From positions 169,860 to 233,859 of the forward strand of contig CAVOYT010000012.1 of the NCBI GenBank assembly GCA_963700745.1: a DNA stretch of 64,000 bases, written 5' to 3'. Every line of letters starts with the position of its first letter. Positions within the stretch are counted from its first letter, which is position 1. The stretch comes from an uncultured bacterium. GTDB taxonomy: Bacteria; Actinomycetota; Actinomycetes; S36-B12. Shown piece after piece: positions 27,677-37,662 of this stretch. The translations under genes were made by a program, and so were the position numbers. The notes beneath the pieces are model-generated. The model did no database searches. It saw only the letters and a program-made list of their open reading frames with translations, and was not told the origin of the DNA.

Positions 27677-28651
27677 CTACTCGACCGTCTGCCCGATCGA
27701 GCTCATGTCGAACTGGGCAGCCGCCGCCGCGTAGTCCCTGCCGAAGTACTGCTCGGACAGCCCGGCCAGCGTCCCGTCCGCGTGCAGGGAGTCGACGACC
27801 TCGTTGATGGCACGACGAACGCCGCCGAGTAAGGCCGGACTCCGGTCCACGTATCCGGTCTGTAGGCTGGTAGGCCGGCGGTCCGGCGCCATGCGGCAGG
27901 CCAGACGCTGTCGATCTCGCCGACTCCGACGGGCTCGGCGCGACAGGAACCGTCGATCTTCCCGTCGGCCACCGCCTCCAGCCCGGGAATCTCGTTCTCG
28001 TAGGTCTTGATCGCGGATCGACGACGGCCCTCGTGGTGACGGCGCCAGGAAGCGACGAGCGTTCCGCGCAGGTAGGCCCCATGGGTGCATCCCGTGCAGG
28101 CACCGACCGTCGTCCCGGACAGCTCCGCCAGGTGCTGGAACGGCGAATCCTCGCGGACGAAGAACCGGGAGGGCGTCAGCCCGGTACGGCTGCGTCATCC
28201 ACAGCCGTGTCATGCGGTCGTCGGTGATGTTCCCCGACCCCCAGGAGATGTCCCAGCGATCGCCCCAGCCGCCCGAGATGATCTCGGACCACTCTGCGGC
28301 GAGAAGCAGGGCTCAACGCCCAGTCCGTCCGCCACGGCCTTGCCCGTGTCCGCGTCCTAGCCCGACACCTCGGCAGCGGTGAGCTCCGTGTCGGCGCACT
28401 TGGTGCTCGGCGTGCGCGTCGCGCCCTCCACCGCCATCGACTGTGGTGGGTACTCCAGGTCGGTCGACAGCACGAGGGTGCCCCGGGCCAGCACCTGCGC
28501 CAGCTTGTCCGTATTGGGATCACCCGCCGCGGCCGTGCTGCCGCCGGGGCCGAGCGGACTGACCGACCCGATCCGTCGCGCCACCGCACGCAGCCAACGC
28601 CAGAGCAAGAACGAGACGCCCCCAGTCGAGAGCAGACCCGGCCATCAGCAT
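27677..28651 (-). pseudogene. Family-3 solute-binding lipoprotein, paralog A; frame changes plus an in-frame TAG at 28357-28359
   Basis: Lipobox LVLALALAACGG, then GDPNTDKLAQVLARGTLVLSTDLEYPPQSMAVEG...AAEVSG*DADTGKAVADGLGVEPCF, WGDRWDISWGSGNITDDRMTRLWMTQPY, and the C-terminus INEVVDSLHADGTLAGLSEQYFGRDY. Paralog B has Y where A has the TAG. Confidence 0.75.
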
Positions 28652-28681
28652 GTCGATCTCCTCTATTGAGTGTCTGCCCGA

Positions 28682-29657
28682 TCAGGCCAGGTCGAAATTG
28701 CCGGCGTTGGTGGCGTAGTCGATCCCGAAGTACTTCTCGGACAGGGACTTGAACGTTCCGTCGGCGTGCAGTCTGCCATCAGGATCTCGTTGATGCGCTG
28801 ACGAAGGCCTCGTCTCCAGACCGGAGTTCTTGTCGACGAAGCCCGTTAACATTCCGGTGAAGAGCGGCGGATCCAGGGCGCGAAGCGGCACGCCCGACGC
28901 GATCGCCTCCAGCCCCACTCGCTCGGAGCCGACAGAAGGCGTCGATCTTCCCGTCCCCAACGGCCTCGAGTCCCGGGCCCTCCACGTCGAACAGGACGAC
29001 TTCGGGATCCTTGATCAGGTTGTCGAACGCGATGCCCGGCAAGGCTGAGTTCGCGCGGAGGTAGGCCTCGTCCGAGCATCCCGCGCACGCGCCGACGTTC
29101 TTGCCCGACAGCTCCGACGGATCCGGTAGGGGGAGTCCTCGCGCACGAAGAACCGGGACGGCTCGGCCCTGTACGGCTGGGTCATCCACAGTCGGGACAT
29201 GCGGTCCTCGTTGATGTTGCCCGTGCCCCACGACACGTCCCATCGGTCACCCCACGTACCGGAGACGATCTGCGTCCACGAAGGGGTGACGAAGCACGGT
29301 TCCAGCCCAATGCGGTCGGCGACCATCTGTGCCGGTCTCCACGTCATAGCCGGTCAGCTCAGGAGCGGTGAGTTGCGTCGCCAGGCACTTGGTGGGAGAC
29401 GCTCGCGTCGCACCCTCCACGGCCATCGATGGATGCGGCGGGTACGCCAGGTCGGTGGAGAGCACCAGGGTCCCGCGCGCCAGAACCTGCGCCAGCTTGT
29501 CCGTGTTGGGATCACCCTACCGCGGGGCTGCGCGCCGACCGCGTCCGCGATGCTCGAGCCCTCCGACGGAGCCCCCGCTCCCGCACGCCGACAGGGCCAG
29601 GTCCGGAAGCAGGATGAGGGCGACGACACGCGGGAGCGTGGATGGGCAGCACTTCAT
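28682..29657 (-). pseudogene. Family-3 solute-binding lipoprotein, paralog B; frame broken as sequenced
   Basis: MKCCPSTLPRVVALILLPDLALSACGSGG, GDPNTDKLAQVLARGTLVLSTDLAYPP...LTGYDVETG, MVADRIGLEPCFVTPSWTQIVSGTWGDRWDVSWGTGNINEDRMSRLWMTQPY, and the C-terminus HADGTFKSLSEKYFGIDY. Confidence 0.75.
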
Positions 29658-29662
29658 GTGCT

Positions 29663-30752
29663 CTATCGACTCCTTCCGGATCGAGGGTCCACAGACGAAC
29701 CGTGCCGGTGCGTCCGCGAGGTGCGACTTCGTCCACGAACGCCCAGCCGTCAGCCGGATCGGTCAGGTGGTCGATAACCCGCTGCGTGACGAGCAGCGAG
29801 ACTCCGTGCTCCTTGGTCATCGACTCGACCCGCGCGGCGGTGTTGGTCGTGTCTCCGATGACGGTGTACTCGAGCCGACGGTCCGACCCGACGTTGCCCG
29901 ACATCACCGGCCCGGAGTTGATGCCGATGCCCATTCGGAAGTCGTGGTCCAGGCCCTGATCAGGGAGCCACGCGTTGAGCGAGGCCAGGCGTGTCTCGAT
30001 CATCTCCCTGGCGGCAGCAACGGCTCGGTCGGCATGGTCGGCGGCCTCGATCGGCGCTCCGAACACGCTCATCATCCCGTCGCCGAGATAGGCCACCAGG
30101 GTTCCGCCGTGGTCGAGCACGGCATCGCTCATCAGGCCCAGGTAGTGGTTCAGCACGTCGATGACGATCTCCGGCGACTGCGTCTCCGCGAAGGTCGTGA
30201 AACCACGTAGATCGTTGAACATCACCGTGGCCGTCAGGCCGCGGGCGCCGATGCGCGGTTCGCCGTCGGCCATCACCTCATCGACGATCGACTCGGGAAC
30301 GAATCGCGTGAACACCTCTCGCAGGTGGCGCCTCTGCAGGTCGTGAAGCCGCTTCTTGTTCAGGCCGGCGTTGACGCGGGCTCTCAGGATGGCGGCATCG
30401 GCAGGCTTCGGCAGGAAGTCGTCCGCGCCGAGTTCGATGCAGCGCAGGATGCCGTCCTGGTCCTCCAGCGACGAGATCATCACGACCGGCGTGTGTGACA
30501 CGTCCGGCAGGTCTTTCATGGCCACGAGGACGCCGAACCCGTCCAGTTCCGGCATGAGGACATCCAGGAGCATCACGTCGGGCTGCTCGGCGACGAGGAC
30601 GTCCAGGGCCTGCCTGCCGTCGGCGGCTTCGAGGGTCCGATGCCCCTCCGAGGCAGGGCACGGACGAGCAGCCGTCGGTTCAGCGGATCATCGTCGACGA
30701 CGAGAATCGTCGCCTCGTGGACCCGTCCCCCGCTTCGTTCGACATGCGCCAT
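29663..30752 (-). pseudogene. Response-regulator receiver fused to a class III adenylate/guanylate cyclase domain; one frame change in REC (~30650); 3' end uncertain
   Basis: ILVVDDDPLNRRLLVRAL (ORF 30573..30776), then DVMLLDVLMPELDGFGVLVAMK...FLPKP and the cyclase core ATVMFNDLRGFTTFAE...VAYLGDGMMSVFGAP...IGINSGPVMSGNVGS..RLEYTVIGDTTNTAARVES (ORF 29512..30576). The track frame runs on to 29512 across the next gene's start. An alternative TAG at 29663-29665 needs one indel. Confidence 0.8.
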
Positions 30753-30846
30753 TCCTGACTCGACGCGCACAACCACGTGGCTACCGCGGCCATGTACGCA
30801 AGTATGCGGCGGAACGGCGTTCGCGGACTAGCGAAATTCCGGAGCT

Positions 30847-32488
30847 TCAGCCGCCGTGTCGCCGGTCCCGCTCGAGGTGCGCCTGCGAGACCTCCTCGGC
30901 CACGGCTCGCCCATCGGTTCCGCCGGTGACGGCGGCCAGGAAGTCCTCGCCGGCGATGACAAGCAGCCGGCCGTCGGTGACGGCCGTGATCGTGGCGTTG
31001 CGGCGAGTCGCCCTCAGCAGGGCGAGCTCGCCGAACCCCTCGCCCGGCCCCAGCAGGCCGGGCCGGGCCGCACCATCGATGATCACTGTGAAGTCGCCCT
31101 CTCCGATGACGTAGAACAGGTCCCCGAGGTCGCCTTGACGCACGACGTCGGTTCCGGCGGCGACGTCCACCCAGGCGGCGGAGCGGGCCAGCCGCTCGAG
31201 CTCATACGGCGGCAGCGCCGAGAGGAACCCGACCCTCCTCAGGAGTGCGATCTCGTTCGTGACAAGGACGGCGCGCGCATCCAGCCGGCGCACGAAGAAG
31301 TAGCCAGCCGTCACGACCACCCCCAGGCCCAGCCCGAGGGGGATGAAGGCACCAGCCGGACCCCACCGATTGACCAAGGCGGGGGCAACGGCCGCTCCGA
31401 GCGCCACGCCAAGGAGGGCGACGGCCTCCTGCACGGCGAACACCTTGGCCAGGACGCGGTCCTCGACCGTGCGCTGGAGAACCGTGCGGCCGGCGACGAG
31501 CATGATCGCCCCGCCGAAACCGCACAGCGCCAGCATCACCACAGCAGGCGCGAGCGCCGACACGAGCGCGACCATCGCGAAGGCGAGGCCCTGGAGAACC
31601 CCATTCACCGCGACGACCGGCGCCAGGCGGTCTCGCAGGGAGGCTGACCCCGCCACGAGCGCGCCCGGCCATCCCTCCGATGCCGAGCGCACCGATGACC
31701 AGCCCCGCGCCGGACTCGCCGATATCGAGCACGGACTGGGCGAACGAGACGCCGAGCACGTCGATCGCACCGCCGATCACGAACCTGGTCGTCAGCACGA
31801 GCAGCACCACGAGCACGGCCCAGTTGCGCCAGAGCGTGGAGACCCCCTCGAGCGCCACCCGCCACCCGGCCGCGCCCCCCTCGGGCGTCACGATCGACCG
31901 GCCGATATCGAGGCGCAGGCACAGGAGCGTCGCCACGACCCCAGCGACCGTGGCCCCGACGAACACCATCCCCGGCCCCACGGCCTGGACGCCGAGTCCC
32001 GCGATGATCGGACCGACGAAGAAGGCCAGGCCCTCTCCGAGCGAAGACAGGGAATTGGCCGCGACCAGTTCGTCCGGCCCGCCTGCCAGACGTGGCAGGA
32101 CGGCGTAGTGAAGCGGCCTGACGACGGCGAGCGCCACGGTCGCGAGTGCTGAGAAGAACACGACGACGGGCACGGGGGCGGACATGAGCAGCGCAGCCGC
32201 GGTGAGCAGCGTCGCTGCCGTCACCGCACCGTGCGACAAGGCGAGCGCCGTCCCACGGGGCAGGCGCTCGAGCACCCCGACGATCGCCGGGGAGAGGGCG
32301 GCCGCGGGCAGCATCTGCACCACCGCCACGAGGCTCGTCAGCGCCACGCCACCTTCCGCGTAGGCGTACAGGACGATCGTCACCCAGATCGTCAGTTCGA
32401 TCAGGTCGTAGATCGAGTAGGCGACCAGCACTCGTCGCATGGGCCCGTCACCCGCGATGGCCCGCACGCGCGTGGCCAGGGAGCTCAC
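30847..32488 (-). pseudogene. MFS-type transporter fused to a C-terminal cyclic-nucleotide-binding domain, paralog 1; one frame change (~31665)
   Basis: N-terminal TM region in ORF 31202..32488. C-terminus in ORF 30847..31770 with LRRVGFLSALPPYELERLA...QGDLGDLFYVIGEGDF...GEGFGELALLRATRRNATITA. The GTG start overlaps the upstream stop (GTGA at 32485-32488). Confidence 0.8.
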
Positions 32489-34106
32489 TGCCGCCGTCGA
32501 TTTTGGAGGGACAGCTCACGAGCCCTCGCCTCGCCGTCGGGACTCCCCGTGACTGCGGCCAGGAAGTCCTCCGACTCGAGTGCAAGGAGGCGGCCGGAGG
32601 TGCGGGCCGTCACGCTCGCGGTCCTGGGCACGGACCACAGGAGGGCGATCTCGCCGAAGCCCTCCCCGCGCACGAGGGGTTCGGTCAGGGCGACGCCATC
32701 GATGGAGACGGTGAACTCGCCCTGCTCGATCACGTAGTAGCGATCGCCCGGATCCCCCTGCCGGATCACCTCAAGCCCTGCGGGAACGTCCACCCACGTC
32801 GCGCCGCGGGCCAACTGCTCGAGCTCGTACCGGGGCAGCTGCGCCAGGAAGTTGACCGAGCCGAGCAGCGCGGTCTCCTCCGGGAACATGACGGCCCGCG
32901 CGTCGAGGCGTCGTAGGAGTCCGTAGACGGCGATCACCATGAGCGACACACCCAGGCCCAGCGGGACGAACGCCCCGGCCGGGGAGAACTGCAGCACGAG
33001 GATCGGGGCGAGGGCCGCACCGAGCGAGAGGCCGAGCAGCGAGACCCCTCCTGAACGGCGAAGACGCGGGCCAGCACGCGGGCGTCGGAGGTGCGCTGAA
33101 GCAGGGTTCGCCCGGCGACCATCATCACGGCGGAGGCGACGCCCGACAGCGCCAGCAGGATCAGCGCCGGAGCGATGAGGACGGTCAGGGCCACGGCCGC
33201 GAACGCCAGCCCCTGCAGGATTCCGCTCGCTCCGATGACCGGTGCCAGGCGTCGGCGGATGGACGCGGAACCGGAGACCAGGCCCCCGAGGAGCCCACCG
33301 ATGCCGACCGCCCCGATGACGAATCCCGCGCCGGCCTCACCCATCCCGAGCACCTGCTCGGAGTACGACACCCCCAGCACGTCGAGAGCCCCGTTGAGCA
33401 CGAACCTGGTGGCCAGGACGAGGAGCAGGGCGAAGGCACCCCAATTCCGCCACAGCACCGCCAGGCCGCCGATCGCGGCACGCCAGCCCGAGTCATCCTC
33501 GTCCGATGCCACCGGCGGACCCAGCGACAGTCGCAGGCAGAGCAGGGCCGCGACGATCGTGGCGACGCTCGATATCGAGAAGACCAGCCAGGGGCCGGCC
33601 ACCTGGGCGCCCAGCCCAGCCAGGATGGGGCCGAGGAACAGCGACAGACCCTCGGCAGCGGATGACAGGGCGTTGGCAGACACCAGTTCCCGGGGACTGT
33701 GCGCCAGCTGGGGCAGCGCGGCGAAGTGCAGCGGCCGCACCACCGCGATCGCTGTGGTCGCCAGCACCGACGCGAGGATGACCACCGCCACCGGCGCCGA
33801 CGCGAGCAGGGCCACCGTGGTGAGCGCCGTCGTTGCAGCGACTCCCGACTGGGCGAGGACCAGCGCCGTTCCGCGTGACATCCGGTCGCCGAATCCGGCG
33901 AGCGCCGGGCCGATGAACGCCGCGGGCAGCAGCTGGACCACCGCCACCACCCCGGCGAGCGTCGTGCCGCCCTCGGCGTAGGCGTACAGGATGATGGCGA
34001 CCCAGATGGCGACCTCGACCATGCTGTACATGGCGTAGGCGATCATGACGCGCCGCAGGGCGCTTCCCGAGGTCAGCGCGCTGAAAGTGGAGGGCCCAGA
34101 ACTCAT
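32485..34106 (-). pseudogene. MFS-type transporter fused to a C-terminal cyclic-nucleotide-binding domain, paralog 2; one frame change (~33050)
   Basis: TM region in ORF 32934..34106. cNMP domain in ORF 32485..32997: FLAQLPRYELEQLA...QGDPGDRYYVIEQGEF...GEGFGEIALLWSVPRTASVTA. Confidence 0.8.
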
Positions 34107-34178
34107 CTCCCAGCCTCCCCCCGTATCACGGGTGAATCGTAGGGGGCGAAGGGCGAGGTTTCGGCTGATTTGCCCCAG

Positions 34179-36269
34179 TCAGCCGTGCTCGCGCACGAGA
34201 GCAAGGAGCGGGTCCCCATAGGCCGCGAGTTTCATCGGCCCGATTCCCGGGATCTCCGCCAGCGCGTCCTCATCTGTCGGCTGCTGCTCGGCGATCGCGA
34301 TCAGCGTGTTGTCGGTGAACACGACGTAGGCAGGCACCGCCTTCTCGCGCGACGTCGATGATCGCCACTCGCGCAGGGCCTCCAGCAGCCCCTCGTTGAG
34401 ATCCGCCGGGCATGAGCGGCAGCGTCCCAGGGTGCGTTCCGGTGCCGTGACCAGCGCCTTGCGGCACACCCGGCAGCGACCGGGGCCCTTGCGTCGACGC
34501 TCGCCGCGGGCCTTGCCCGAGCCGCGCTGCGTGACTCCTGCGGTGAGCGCGTCCCCGACAGTGCGGGAACCGGCCAGCGCCTCCGCGAGGAAGGGGCTCA
34601 CCGACCGGACCGCCCTGCCGCCAGGCTGGCGAGCCCGTGCCCAGGACAGGTGCAGGTGGTCCGCCGCGCGCGTGATCGCGACGTAGGCCAGCCGTCGCTC
34701 CTCCTCCAGCTGTGCGGGTGTCTCGGCATACTGGAGCGGCAGCAGGCCGTCGCTGCATCCCACGACCAGGACGACCCGCCACTCCAGGCCCTTGGCCGAG
34801 TGCACCGACGCCAGTGTGACGCCATCGGCCACCGGGGCATGCTGCAGTTCAGCGCGGGCATCCAGCTCCGCCACGAAGCCCGACAGCGAGTCCTCGAGGG
34901 ACTCGGCCAGTTCGTCCGCGAGGGTGGCCAGGGCCGCGAGCGACTCCCACCGCTCGCGCACGGCGCCCGCAGTGCGGGGTGCTTCGGGGGTCCACCCCGC
35001 CGTGCCCAGGACGGCGCGCACCTCCTCGCCGAGGGCGCCGCCACCGGACTCGCCCCGCGCGGCGCCCCGCAGCCGGGTGACGGCCTCGCGAACCTCGGGG
35101 CGATTGAAGAAGCGCTCGGTGCCGCGCAGCATCACCGGCACGCCCGCCTCGGCGAATGCCTCCTCCAGCGCGGCCGACTGGGCGTTGATCCGGAACAGCA
35201 CCGCGATGTCCCGGGCCGGGATGCCGTCCTTGATGTGCTGCACGACGCGACGGGCAACCTGGTCGGCCTCCTCGACGTCGTCGGGCCAGACCTCGACCGT
35301 CGGCTCGGGGCCGGCGTCGCGCTGGGAGCGGAGCACGAGCGCCTGGGATGCGTTCTCGCTGGCACGGGCGATCACCGCGTTCGCGAGCGTGACGATCTGC
35401 GGCGTGCAGCGGTAGCAGCGGACCAGCCGCACCTCCGTGGCGTCGGGGTACGCGGTGCGGAAGGACGTCAGGTACGCGGGCGTCGCGCCGGTGAACGAGT
35501 AGATGGTCTGGTTGGCGTCTCCGACGACGCACAGGTCGTCGCGCTCGCCGAGCCACAGGCCCAGCAGCCGGTGCTGCAGCGGATTGACGTCCTGGTACTC
35601 GTCGACGGTGAACCACCGGTACGCGGAGCGGACTTCGTCCGCGATGTCGGGCCGCTCCGCCAGCGCCCCCGCAGTGACGAGCAGCACGTCCTCGAAGTCC
35701 AGCAGGCCCCGGGTGGTCTTGGCGTCCTCGTAGGCAGCCTGCACCTGGGCGACGGCTGCGGCATCGACCGCAAGGTTCCTGGACACTGCCGTCGCGCGCT
35801 CGCCGATCGCCGCGCCGGTCAGGAAGTTGACCTTGGCCCACTCGAGGTCGGCGGAGAGGTCGCGAACGGTCGCGGTGTCTGTCGGCAGTTTGCAGCGGCT
35901 GGCGGCCTCGGCAACCAACCGGGCCTTGCTGGGCAGCAGTTCGGGGAACTCACCGCCGCTGAGCCGGGGCCAGAAGAAGCGCAACTGGCGCAGGGCGGCG
36001 GCATGGAAGGTGCGCACCTGGACCCCCTCGACGCCGAGGACGCGCAGGCGCGAGCGCATCTCCCCAGCGGCCCGGGTGGTGAAGGTGACGGCGAGGGTAC
36101 GCCGCGGATCGTGCTCGCCGGTGGCTGAGCCGTGCGCGATGCGGTGCGTGATCGCGCGGGTCTTGCCGGTACCGGCGCCAGCGAGAACCACGACCGGACC
36201 GTGCAGGGCCTCGGCCACCGCGCGCTGCTCATCGTCGAGCCCTGCCAGGGCGTCGCCGGACGCGCTCAT
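34179..36269 (-). CDS. uvrD2: ATP-dependent DNA helicase UvrD2 (UvrD/PcrA core, tetra-Cys module, HRDC)
   Basis: Intact 696 aa. VLAGAGTGKTRAITHRIA, VDEYQDVNPLQ, CRVCRKALVTAPERTLGRCRSCP, and the HRDC-like tail AYVVFTDNTLIAIAEQQP. Adjacent to mycoredoxin and nudC, as in the Mtb Rv3198c locus. Confidence 0.9.
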   Translation of the reverse strand: MSASGDALAGLDDEQRAVAEALHGPVVVLAGAGTGKTRAITHRIAHGSATGEHDPRRTLAVTFTTRAAGEMRSRLRVLGVEGVQVRTFHAAALRQLRFFWPRLSGGEFPELLPSKARLVAEAASRCKLPTDTATVRDLSADLEWAKVNFLTGAAIGERATAVSRNLAVDAAAVAQVQAAYEDAKTTRGLLDFEDVLLVTAGALAERPDIADEVRSAYRWFTVDEYQDVNPLQHRLLGLWLGERDDLCVVGDANQTIYSFTGATPAYLTSFRTAYPDATEVRLVRCYRCTPQIVTLANAVIARASENASQALVLRSQRDAGPEPTVEVWPDDVEEADQVARRVVQHIKDGIPARDIAVLFRINAQSAALEEAFAEAGVPVMLRGTERFFNRPEVREAVTRLRGAARGESGGGALGEEVRAVLGTAGWTPEAPRTAGAVRERWESLAALATLADELAESLEDSLSGFVAELDARAELQHAPVADGVTLASVHSAKGLEWRVVLVVGCSDGLLPLQYAETPAQLEEERRLAYVAITRAADHLHLSWARARQPGGRAVRSVSPFLAEALAGSRTVGDALTAGVTQRGSGKARGERRRKGPGRCRVCRKALVTAPERTLGRCRSCPADLNEGLLEALREWRSSTSREKAVPAYVVFTDNTLIAIAEQQPTDEDALAEIPGIGPMKLAAYGDPLLALVREHG

Positions 36270-36381
36270 GCGGCCGTCACTCCCCGGGTCCACATGAGGC
36301 GATGCTTGCACGGCCCCCTGACCACGCGCCGCCCGGGAGGCTCGACGGGCGACTGCCCCGAGGTGCGGATACCGTGAGCCA

Positions 36382-36633
36382 GTGAGCACTGCGACTGACG
36401 TGACGATGTACAGCACCGTGTGGTGCGGGTACTGCGCGCGACTCAAGGCCCAGATGACCCGTGAGGGCATCGCCTTCACGGAGGTCGACATCGAGACTGA
36501 CCCCGAGGCGGCGACCATCGTCGAGGATGTCAACCACGGCAATCAGACCGTCCCAACGCTGATGTTCCCCGACGGCTCCTTCGCGACGAACCCGTCGATC
36601 GGCCAGGTCAAGGCCCACCTCGGCCTGACCTGA
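36382..36633 (+). CDS. Mycoredoxin/glutaredoxin-like protein (Rv3198A-like)
   Basis: VTMYSTVWCGYCARLKAQMTREGIAFTEVDIE...TVPTLMFPDGS, with a CGYC active site. Confidence 0.9.
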   Translation: MSTATDVTMYSTVWCGYCARLKAQMTREGIAFTEVDIETDPEAATIVEDVNHGNQTVPTLMFPDGSFATNPSIGQVKAHLGLT

Positions 36634-37578
36634 TCAGCGGGCCAGCTGGCGGGACCAGTCGCCGGGAAGCTCCGATCCATACCAGCGCTCGACCAGCCGG
36701 CGGGCGATCGAGATCGACGGCGGCAGCCGCACCTCGCCCGTCCCGCAAGCTGTCTCGAGCTCCGAGCGAGTGAACCATCGGGCCTCGGCGATCTCGACCC
36801 CGTCGACGACCATGGCGTCGGGCGCATCCGTCCATGCGTGGTAACCGAGCATCAGCGAGCACGGGAACGGCCACGGCTGGCTCCCGAGGTAGCGGATGTC
36901 ATCGAGACCGTCGGCGATGACCACGCCGGACTCCTCGTGGATCTCGCGGCGCACGGCCGCCTCCGCAGACTCCCCCGACTCCACGAACCCCGCCAGGGTT
37001 GAGAACCAGCCTTCCGCCCAGCGTCGCTGGCGACCGAGCAGCGCCCGGTCGTCCCGGTCCAGCACGAGGACGATGACCGCGGGATCCGTGCGCGGGAAGT
37101 GCTGGCTGCCGTCCGTCGGGCAGCGGCGCGACCAGCCGGCCGCATCGAACACGGTCGGCGTTCCACAGCGCGGGCAGCGCGAGTGCGTGCGCGTCCAGTT
37201 GTCCAGGGCGACGGCGGTGACCATCAGTCCGGCGTCGCGGGCGTCCAGCGCGGCACCCGCCTGCCGCAGGTCCACCCAGCCCTCCGCGTCCGCGTCCGTC
37301 GCCGCCCGGGCGAAGTATGCGACCTCATCCGCCCCGAGCCCCAGGAACGTCAGCTCCTCGTCGGCGGGGACGTCGGCCGCCGGCTCGAACTGCAGCGCCA
37401 TGGTCCCGTCCGGATCCGCCCGAACCCGGGACCTGCCGTCGCACACCCCCATCACTCGAGCGGTCGGATCCGCACGGCGGGCCGCGATCCAGTCGGCATC
37501 GCTGCGATGCTCGGCCACGCGGTCGACGACGCCGCGAGCGAGCATGAGGTTGCCCAGCAGCTGTCGATCAGCGTCCAT
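36634..37578 (-). CDS. nudC: NAD+ diphosphatase NudC
   Basis: Intact 314 aa within shadow ORF 36634..39054. Zinc ribbon HSRCPRCGTPTVFDAAGWSRRCP. Nudix box GFVESGESAEAAVRREIHEESGV. Confidence 0.9.
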   Translation of the reverse strand: MDADRQLLGNLMLARGVVDRVAEHRSDADWIAARRADPTARVMGVCDGRSRVRADPDGTMALQFEPAADVPADEELTFLGLGADEVAYFARAATDADAEGWVDLRQAGAALDARDAGLMVTAVALDNWTRTHSRCPRCGTPTVFDAAGWSRRCPTDGSQHFPRTDPAVIVLVLDRDDRALLGRQRRWAEGWFSTLAGFVESGESAEAAVRREIHEESGVVIADGLDDIRYLGSQPWPFPCSLMLGYHAWTDAPDAMVVDGVEIAEARWFTRSELETACGTGEVRLPPSISIARRLVERWYGSELPGDWSRQLAR

Positions 37579-37662
37579 GCTGCGCGAGCCTAACCGGCTC
37601 CGGACCCGTCGCCGTGACACGATGGCCGGACCCGCTTCCTCCCGCTTCCCACCAGGACTGAC

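Noticed and set aside
27594-28103. N-terminal 170-aa extension of the histidine kinase in track ORF 25182..28103.
   Set aside because: The extension is Arg/Pro-rich nonsense that overlaps the solute-binding gene in another frame. The ATG at 27593 is followed immediately by a TM helix.
28357-28359. TAG reassigned as a sense (Tyr) codon in this organism.
   Set aside because: TAG terminates several well-delimited genes here, for example at 6511, 10455, 19883 and 39062. A third apparent in-frame TAG (29517-29519) disappears if two compensating frame changes are assumed.
29663-34106. Cyclase plus cNMP-binding membrane proteins as a Pycsar-type antiphage system.
   Set aside because: The cyclase carries a phospho-receiver domain and sits with an HK and SBPs. 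The effectors are full 10-12 TM MFS transporters, not small TM or TIR effectors. Signalling is the more economical reading. I left it as a side remark only.
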